A program made the position numbers and the translations under genes. A model generated the notes under the pieces. The model saw nothing but the letters and a program-made list of their open reading frames with translations, had not been told where the DNA came from and did not search any database. From NCBI GenBank assembly GCA_013152825.1, contig JAADFP010000045.1:1-33611 (forward strand): 33,611 bases of DNA, given 5' to 3'. This document shows, piece by piece, positions 28,027 to 33,611 of the stretch. The first letter of the stretch is position 1, and every line of letters starts with the position of its first letter. This stretch comes from Caldisericota bacterium (lineage in GTDB: Bacteria > CAIJMQ01 > JAADFP01).

Positions 28027-29700
28027 ATGGTCTGGAAGATAAGAAAAAAAAACGACCCCTATGAAATAGAAAAACTGGTCCAGAGCTTAAGGATTTCTCC
28101 TCTGACAGCAGAAATGCTGCTTTACCGCGGAGTTACCACAGTAGAAGAGGCCAGGAAGTTTCTCTATCCCTCACTTGATGCTCTTCTCCCCCCCTCTGCA
28201 ATTCCCGATATAGAGAAAGCAAAGTATCGTATTGAAAAGGCAGTAGAAAACAGGGAAAAAATTCTTCTGTACGGAGATTACGATGCCGATGGAATCACCG
28301 GAACTGCGCTCCTTTACCACTTTTTTAAGAAGCAGGGCATTGTCCCCGAAGTCTATATCCCCCACCGGATAGAAGAGGGCTATGGATTTCATAGAGAGGC
28401 AGTGGAGAAACTTTCAGAGAAGGGATTCTCCCTCATCATTACTATTGACTGTGGAACAGAAGGAGAAGATGCAGCCTGCGAAGCAGCAGAGAAAGGAATT
28501 GATTTGGTTATTTGCGACCATCATATAAAAGAAGGGAACCTGCCTCCTGCTTATGCCCTGATAAACCCACATATTCATACACATTCACCAGGCAAGGAAC
28601 TCGCAGGATGCGGAATAGCTTTCAAACTACTTCAAAGCCTTGACGAAGAAGAAGCTTTCAAACATTTGGACCTGGTAACCGTAGGTACTGTAGCTGATAT
28701 TGTCCCGGTTATAGGGGATAATCGCATCCTGGTAAAGGAAGGCTTGTTAAAAATCGCAGAAACCTCAAAAAAAGGGCTCAGGAGCCTGCTTGAAATATGC
28801 GGCCTGAAAAAGAGAAAGATAACTGCCTGGGATATTTCCTTCCTATTAGCTCCTCGACTGAATGCCGGGGGAAGAATGACCCATGCGCTTAAGTCCCTGA
28901 GTCTTCTCCTGAGTAACGATGAAGAAGCCAGGGAAATAGCTCTCTCACTGGAACTGGATAACCGCAACAGGAAAAAAGTAGGTGACAATATACTCAAAGA
29001 AGCAGGAAAACTGATGAGAGAAAGAGAAGAGGAATCAGCCCTGGTACTGGCAGGTGAAGGATGGCATGCCGGAGTGCTGGGAATAATTGCTTCCCGCCTG
29101 GTAGATAAATACTCCCGGCCTGCTTTTGTAATAAGCCTTCCCCCCGATAAAAGCAAACCAGCAAAGGGTTCAGCCAGGAGTATCCCGGGCATAAACCTGT
29201 TTAATCTCCTAAAAGAATCGCATGACCTATTACTTACCTACGGTGGCCACGAAAAAGCAGGAGGGTTCGAGATACTTCCAGAGAAAATAAACGTCTTCCG
29301 TGAGAGAATTCTTAGCTTAATCAAGGATATCCCTGCTCCCGAGGAAAAGACCCTTTTGATAGACAAAGAAGTTTCACTTGACACCTTAACTTTTCAGCAG
29401 ATTAAGGAGTTATCCCTGCTCTCCCCCTTTGGAGAAGGGAACGAAGAACCACTGCTCCTCTCCCGTAAAGTGAAAATGGTAACTACTCCCCGTCCCCTGG
29501 GAAATGGTCATATAAAATTCTGGGTAAAAGGTGAGAAGTTACACCTGGAAGTTCTGGGATTTGGCTGGAAAGATAAGCTGGAAGATAACCTGAGCAAAGG
29601 TAGAGAAATTGACATAGTCTATACTCCTCGCACCAATAACTGGGAAGGGCGAAATAGTGTGGTTCTCATCCTTCAGAGCTTGAAAATATCTTCTAGGTGA
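28027..29700 (+). CDS. recJ: single-stranded-DNA-specific exonuclease RecJ
   Basis: 557 aa; DHH motifs (YGDYDADGITG, DCG, DHH) and a DHHA1 region (GGHEKAGG). Confidence 0.93.
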   Translation: MVWKIRKKNDPYEIEKLVQSLRISPLTAEMLLYRGVTTVEEARKFLYPSLDALLPPSAIPDIEKAKYRIEKAVENREKILLYGDYDADGITGTALLYHFFKKQGIVPEVYIPHRIEEGYGFHREAVEKLSEKGFSLIITIDCGTEGEDAACEAAEKGIDLVICDHHIKEGNLPPAYALINPHIHTHSPGKELAGCGIAFKLLQSLDEEEAFKHLDLVTVGTVADIVPVIGDNRILVKEGLLKIAETSKKGLRSLLEICGLKKRKITAWDISFLLAPRLNAGGRMTHALKSLSLLLSNDEEAREIALSLELDNRNRKKVGDNILKEAGKLMREREEESALVLAGEGWHAGVLGIIASRLVDKYSRPAFVISLPPDKSKPAKGSARSIPGINLFNLLKESHDLLLTYGGHEKAGGFEILPEKINVFRERILSLIKDIPAPEEKTLLIDKEVSLDTLTFQQIKELSLLSPFGEGNEEPLLLSRKVKMVTTPRPLGNGHIKFWVKGEKLHLEVLGFGWKDKLEDNLSKGREIDIVYTPRTNNWEGRNSVVLILQSLKISSR

Positions 29701-29707
29701 TTTAGCT

Positions 29708-30829
29708 ATGAAGAGAGAAAAAGATAAAAAATTTATGCAGGAAGTATTCTCCCTGGCAGAGAAAGGCAGGGGCACTACCTCACCCAATCCCATGGTAGGA
29801 GCAATAGTAGTCAAAGGCAACCGGATAGTAGGCAGAGGCTATCACAAAAAAGCAGGTTCTCCACATGCAGAAGTTATAGCTTTGAAAGAAGCAGGGCCAA
29901 AATCCCGGGGAGCAACCCTCTATATAAACCTTGAGCCCTGTGTTCACTACGGCAGAACTCCTCCCTGTGCCCCCCGTATAATAGAAAAAGGGATAAAAAG
30001 GGTTGTCATAGCCATGCTGGACCCAAATTCCAGGGTAAACGGCAAGGGCGTAACCATGCTCAAGAAAGCAGGGGTAGACGTAGAGGTAGGAATAGAGGAA
30101 GAAAAGGCACGGAAATTAAACGAGTTCTATATCAAACATATAACTACTAACCTACCCTTTGTAATACTCAAATGGGCAATGAGCCTGGATGGGAAAATAG
30201 CCACCTGTACAGGAGACTCTCGCTGGATTTCGGGAGAGGAATCCAGAGCTTTTGTGCATTCACTGAGGAACCAGGTAGATGGAATCCTGGTAGGCATAGG
30301 AACTGTCCTGCAGGATGATCCGCTTCTCACAGTAAGGAAAGTACCCGTCAAAAAACAGCCCCTTAGAATCATAATTGATCCTAACCTTTCTTTCCCTCTA
30401 ACGGCAAGAATGCTGCAGGAAGAAGGAGGAAACATACTAATCTTTACCGGTGAGGACATAGATAAAAACAAAAAAGAACAGCTACTTGCGAAGGATGTAG
30501 AGATAGTCCCCTGTGGAGAAAAAAGAATCCATATAGAAAATATGCTGAAAATCCTGGGGAAAAGGGAAATCACCTCTCTACTGGTGGAAGGCGGTAGTAA
30601 AGTGTTTACTGAATTCCTGGAAAAGAAGCTACCCGACAAAATATACACTGTTGTCTCACCTCTTCTTCTGGGAGGAGAAAAGGCACTTACTCCATTTGGT
30701 GGCAAGGGAGTGGAAAAAGTAAAAGCAGGCATACAATTCAAGGAAATACACTGGTTTTTCCGGGGTAAAGATGTGATAATGGAAGGATACCCGAAATACT
30801 CAACAGAGGATAAGCAGCTTTTATCCTAA
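29708..30829 (+). CDS. ribD: bifunctional riboflavin biosynthesis deaminase/reductase RibD
   Basis: HAEV...PCVHYGRTPPC CMP/dCMP deaminase zinc motif plus a C-terminal RibD reductase domain. Confidence 0.95.
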   Translation: MKREKDKKFMQEVFSLAEKGRGTTSPNPMVGAIVVKGNRIVGRGYHKKAGSPHAEVIALKEAGPKSRGATLYINLEPCVHYGRTPPCAPRIIEKGIKRVVIAMLDPNSRVNGKGVTMLKKAGVDVEVGIEEEKARKLNEFYIKHITTNLPFVILKWAMSLDGKIATCTGDSRWISGEESRAFVHSLRNQVDGILVGIGTVLQDDPLLTVRKVPVKKQPLRIIIDPNLSFPLTARMLQEEGGNILIFTGEDIDKNKKEQLLAKDVEIVPCGEKRIHIENMLKILGKREITSLLVEGGSKVFTEFLEKKLPDKIYTVVSPLLLGGEKALTPFGGKGVEKVKAGIQFKEIHWFFRGKDVIMEGYPKYSTEDKQLLS

Positions 30830-30879
30830 TCCCGGGGTATATTGGGTATCATATAACATAGGGTAAAAGGGGGTGAGTA

Positions 30880-31320
30880 ATGAACATACTGGTAATTCAT
30901 GGGCCTAATCTGGATTTACTGGGAAAAAGAGAACCAGAAATTTATGGAAAAGAAACCCTGGAAGATATAAACAATCTTTTGGAAAAGAAAGCAGAAGAAA
31001 AAAAAGTTTCCCTGAAAATAGTTCAAAGTAATTACGAAGGTAAAATTGTAGAAGTAATAGGTTCCTCGTTAGAATGGGCAGACGGGATAATAATTAATCC
31101 TGGTGCCTACACTCATACTTCCATAGCCATCAGAGATGCACTTGCTACATTCAACAAACCCTCAATAGAAGTCCATCTTTCTAATATCTACGCCAGGGAA
31201 AAATTTCGTCATCATTCCTACATCTCACCTGTATGCACGGGAAAAATTACTGGTCTGGGAAAATGGAGCTACTTATTAGCACTGGAAGCATTGGTGGCAA
31301 TAATGAAAAGCAGTAAATAG
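30880..31320 (+). CDS. aroQ: type II 3-dehydroquinate dehydratase
   Basis: ILVIHGPNLDLLGKREPEIYG..., INPGAYTHTSIAIRDA and EVHLSNI motifs; the last codons and the stop lie inside the heptad repeat. Confidence 0.95.
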   Translation: MNILVIHGPNLDLLGKREPEIYGKETLEDINNLLEKKAEEKKVSLKIVQSNYEGKIVEVIGSSLEWADGIIINPGAYTHTSIAIRDALATFNKPSIEVHLSNIYAREKFRHHSYISPVCTGKITGLGKWSYLLALEALVAIMKSSK

Positions 31321-31596
31321 TGAACAGTAAGGAGTAAATAGTAAGTAGGGGAGTAAGCGAGAAGAAGCATAACCCGCCTGCTCTCGACTAAGCCATGCCC
31401 GCTCCCGACCAACGCGGAAAGGCAGGCGGGGAGGGCGGACAGAGGCACAAAGGAGAGAAGAGAAGAAATGAGGAGAAGAAAGGCCGGGTATCCTGAGGAA
31501 TTTTATTCTAACTTCCATGTGGTTTAGGGTTTGAGTTTATTATTTTGGATTTTGGGTTTATTTAGAACTTTGGATTTGGTGTTTAGGGTTTATCCA

Positions 31597-31632
31597 ATAC
31601 CAGCTCCCCCTGTCATTCCTGCCTGTCCCGAT
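31597..31632 (+). repeat. 36-nt exact repeat, copy 2
   Basis: ATACCAGCTCCCCCTGTCATTCCTGCCTGTCCCGAT is the reverse complement of 27568-27603. Confidence 0.95.
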
Positions 31633-31656
31633 CTACATCGGGGCGAAAGCAGGAAT
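31615..31656. other. nested hairpin module
   Basis: ATTCCTGC (31615-22) pairs with GCAGGAAT (31649-56). This encloses CCCGAT (31627-32) paired with ATCGGG (31637-42), loop CTAC. Confidence 0.6.
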
Positions 31657-31827
31657 CCAGGATTTAGACTATAGACCTTAGACTGGCAGGAGTAATTAGT
31701 AGCTAGGGAAGAGTTGGTTATTAGTTTTGGAGATTGGTAGGGGTTGTTTGAGTTTTGTTATTTGTAATTTGTGGTTTATTTAAAACTTAGGGTTTATTCC
31801 CCCTCCCATCTTACCTCAGAGCAAATA

Positions 31828-31865
31828 TCTGCAGTTTGGTTGCAGAAATATAAAAATGCTATAAT
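31828..31865 (+). promoter_or_regulatory. candidate extended -10 promoter with an overlapping palindrome, upstream of the HEPN/MNT pair
   Basis: TGCTATAAT (TG at 31857-58, TATAAT at 31860-65); TTGGTT at 31836-41 (18-nt spacer); palindrome TCTGCA(31828-33)-N7-TGCAGA(31841-46). Confidence 0.4.
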
Positions 31866-31938
31866 TAAATCGGTGTTATTTCAATATCCAAGAAAGACAT
31901 GAGAAAGTTTCTTAGGATAGTTTAGAATCAGGGGATTT

Positions 31939-32328
31939 ATGGAATATAAAGAAGAAGTTAGCTACTGGTTAAAAGCAGCAGCGCATGATTTAGAAGTGGC
32001 TGAAATTTTGTTTGAGAGAAGGAAATATGATTGGTGTCTTTTTATAGCTCATTTAGTACTTGAAAAAACTCTCAAGGCTCTCTATGTAAGAGATAATGCA
32101 AAGATGCCCCCACCTATTCATAAACTGGATATCTTAGCCAGAGAAACCAAATTATCTTTTTCTCTTGAGGATTTAGAGTTTCTTAAAAAAGTTAATGAGT
32201 TTAATATCCAGGCAAGGTATCCCGACAAAAAATTCTCTTTTTATAAAATCTGCACTAAGGAATTTGCAGAAAAATTCTTTAATAGAATAAAAGAGTTTTA
32301 TAAATGGTTACTAAAAGAGATAAAATAA
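31939..32328 (+). CDS. HEPN domain protein
   Basis: 129 aa, all-helical; ..A..DL..AE.L...G.Y.W..F.AH...EK.LKAL... and ..ARYP.. are typical of the HEPN family that pairs with minimal nucleotidyltransferases; no Rx4-6H motif found. Confidence 0.8.
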   Translation: MEYKEEVSYWLKAAAHDLEVAEILFERRKYDWCLFIAHLVLEKTLKALYVRDNAKMPPPIHKLDILARETKLSFSLEDLEFLKKVNEFNIQARYPDKKFSFYKICTKEFAEKFFNRIKEFYKWLLKEIK

Positions 32329-32621
32329 TCCAGGAACTCCGAGACTTAATAGCCACCCTGGAAAAAGAGGGGATTTCTATTAGGAGAGCTTATCTATTCG
32401 GCTCCTATGCCCGTGGCAACCCTAAAAAATGGAGCGATATTGACCTTCTCCTTGTCTCTGATAATTTTTCCGGCATAAGATTTTATGATATTGAAAAACT
32501 GATTCCATTGACCAGAAAATTCAACAAGTTTATTGAACTCCATCCTCTCAAAACTGAAGATTTCAATTTAAAAGATTTATTTATAAAAGAGATAACCAAA
32601 ACCGGAATTAGAATTAAGTAA
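32304..32621 (+). CDS. minimal nucleotidyltransferase (MNT, Pol-beta superfamily)
   Basis: 105 aa; LFGSYARGNPKKWSDIDLLLVS matches the GSxxRG...SDxDL NTase motif; overlaps the HEPN gene by 25 nt. Confidence 0.85.
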   Translation: MVTKRDKIIQELRDLIATLEKEGISIRRAYLFGSYARGNPKKWSDIDLLLVSDNFSGIRFYDIEKLIPLTRKFNKFIELHPLKTEDFNLKDLFIKEITKTGIRIK

Positions 32622-32700
32622 ATCGACGGTAGTGAGGGAAGAATAGTAAACGGTAAATAGTAAGCAGTAAATAGTTTCGTCCCTTAGTATCCTGGCTGGA
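32616..32700 (+). repeat. heptad-periodic element, locus E (NAGTAAA block)
   Basis: 9 in-phase 7-mers across 32616-32678: AAGTAAA TCGACGG TAGTGAG GGAAGAA TAGTAAA CGGTAAA TAGTAAG CAGTAAA TAGTTTC; followed by GTATCCTG at 32687-94. Confidence 0.8.
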
Positions 32701-33015
32701 AGTTTTGCCCTGAATCTCACATGGTTCAGGAGATATTCTGCAACGGCGTTAAATCTCGCACTGTCATATTCAAAATTACTTTCTGTGCTAAAATATTTTA
32801 AGAGAGCAATGCACATTCCCTTGATTTCTGGTATAGATATTGCTTTATAATATATAAGGAGATAAAGTTACAATAGAAGCATTGCCGCAGGAAATGGAAG
32901 ATGAGAGGTGATATATTGTATAAATTATCTGCCAGGGAAAGGTGTTGTCTGTACAAAAATGTCCTACACTTGAGACAAAAATGGTCATTATGCTAAGAAA
33001 GGAGAGTTACCGTAG

Positions 33016-33611
33016 ATGAAAGTAGGTATAATTCTGGTAATTGAACAAGAAAAAGATGTACGCGAGCTCATTTCAGCTACCCTGCAAGAAAAAGGACATG
33101 TGGTTGCCTCATTTTCAACCTGTGGAGAAGCAGCAAAATTCCTTCAGGAAAACCCAGATATAGATGTTGTTTTATTGGACATTTCTCTGGCAGGAGAAAA
33201 GGGGAATAATTTCTTGCAATGGATAAGAATAAAATATCCTGATCTCCCAATTATTATAGTAACCACTACCATGGAACTACCCGAAACACTCAAATGTATG
33301 CGGGAAGGAGCATTTGATTACCTTAGCAAATCATCTTTTTACCCGGAAGAGCTACATATTATAGTAAAAAAAGCAAAAGAGTTAAAGTCTCTAAAGGAAC
33401 AAAACAGAAAACTAATCCAGGAGCTAGAGTCCAAATCCATAGAAAGTGCCACAAAATTGAAAGAAATATTCCTGGGGAGTCTTAATGCGTTGGTAAAGAC
33501 CATGGAAATAAGAGACGGCTACCTGGTAGGTCATTCCAGGAGGGTGGCCAGCATCTCCCTGAAAATTTCTCGCAAGATAGGATTTGCAGACAACCTGAGA
33601 AAGAAAATACT
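33016..33611 (+). CDS. response regulator, REC domain plus HD (probably HD-GYP) output domain; 3'-partial at the window edge
   Basis: ATG at 33016 after GAAAGGAG. The REC domain (..DVVLLDISL.., IIIVTT, DYLSK) is followed by a coiled linker and ..MEIRDGYLVGHSRRVA.., the start of an HD domain. The frame is open to the end of the window. Confidence 0.85.
   Translation, partial: MKVGIILVIEQEKDVRELISATLQEKGHVVASFSTCGEAAKFLQENPDIDVVLLDISLAGEKGNNFLQWIRIKYPDLPIIIVTTTMELPETLKCMREGAFDYLSKSSFYPEELHIIVKKAKELKSLKEQNRKLIQELESKSIESATKLKEIFLGSLNALVKTMEIRDGYLVGHSRRVASISLKISRKIGFADNLRKKI

Larger units (their letters stand above)
31311..31798 (+). repeat. heptad-periodic modular intergenic element, locus D
   Basis: Module order: NAGTRAR block, GC-rich block, T/G block, nested hairpin, AGAC block, AATTAGTAG block, GNNNTTT block. 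Region 31666-31798 is 19 in-phase 7-mers. Confidence 0.85.

Noticed and set aside
31365-31500. GC-rich island as a stand-alone structured ncRNA gene
   Set aside because: I cannot match it to any RNA family by eye. It retains the 7-nt recurrence and shares words with locus C, so it is more economically part of the repeat mosaic. Left as a testable possibility in the findings.
31276-31518. 80-aa minus-strand ORF overlapping the aroQ 3' end and locus D
   Set aside because: It is antisense to a well-supported gene and otherwise a translation of repeat modules. It has no ribosome-binding site and no recognisable family.
31518-31594. TTTAGGG units (plant-type telomere heptamer) and spaced G3 tracts, which could suggest telomere-like or G-quadruplex DNA
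   Set aside because: The units are isolated rather than in perfect arrays and are embedded between chromosomal genes. The G3 tracts are about 27-30 nt apart, too far for a canonical G4. Treated as one flavour of the T/G heptad block.
27568-31632. Composite transposon or IS-bounded mobile element, because of the 36-nt inverted repeats
   Set aside because: The cargo is recJ-ribD-aroQ (core housekeeping). There is no transposase, no target-site duplication that I can see, and the repeats are internal parts of larger dispersed mosaics.
32577-32816. 79-aa minus-strand ORF as a real gene
   Set aside because: It has no acceptable SD spacing (AAGGGA sits directly against the ATG). Its C-terminal third is a translation of heptad locus E and overlaps the MNT 3' end. 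At most it is a gene fragment.

Overview
AT-rich (roughly 40% GC by eye) bacterial chromosomal segment. The proteins are Lys/Glu-rich, and Mla-type lipid transport and O-antigen-ligase genes point to a diderm, probably uncultured, lineage. About 90% is tightly packed housekeeping DNA. The plus strand starts with eno-ftsB-ffh-rpsP-trmD-rplS-rnhB-yraN. A ~19-kb minus-strand run follows with tatD, a polyamine operon (speH-pdaD-speE-speB), an mlaFED-like transporter, an O-antigen ligase/TPR protein, a HIT/GalT-like enzyme, folD, a GT2 glycosyltransferase, trm112, pheT and rpmF-plsX-fabH-fabD-fabG. The plus strand then carries an SGNH hydrolase, an NrdG-like radical-SAM activase, recJ-ribD-aroQ, a HEPN/MNT pair and a partial REC-HD response regulator. 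I saw no rRNA, tRNA, CRISPR array, transposase or phage gene. The signal that genes do not explain sits in the five long intergenic gaps (about 4.3, 5.4, 27.4-28.0, 31.3-31.9 and 32.6 kb). These gaps are mosaics of a shared module set. Each module is a run of degenerate heptanucleotide units held in one 7-nt register, for up to ~300 nt. Composition is strongly strand-asymmetric (82 nt without a single C), and nested GC hairpins are interspersed. Loci share exact 12-36-nt words in both orientations. The modules are fused to the 3' ends of rplS, aroQ and the MNT gene, so the repeat supplies their stop codons. This recalls cyanobacterial STRR heptamer repeats but in a mosaic, multi-module form, and I rank it as the most interesting feature. 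Secondary points: rnhB has no canonical start codon in the frame of its catalytic N-terminus; there are two decayed URO-D-family pseudogenes; the HEPN protein lacks an Rx4-6H motif; pheT is detached from pheS.
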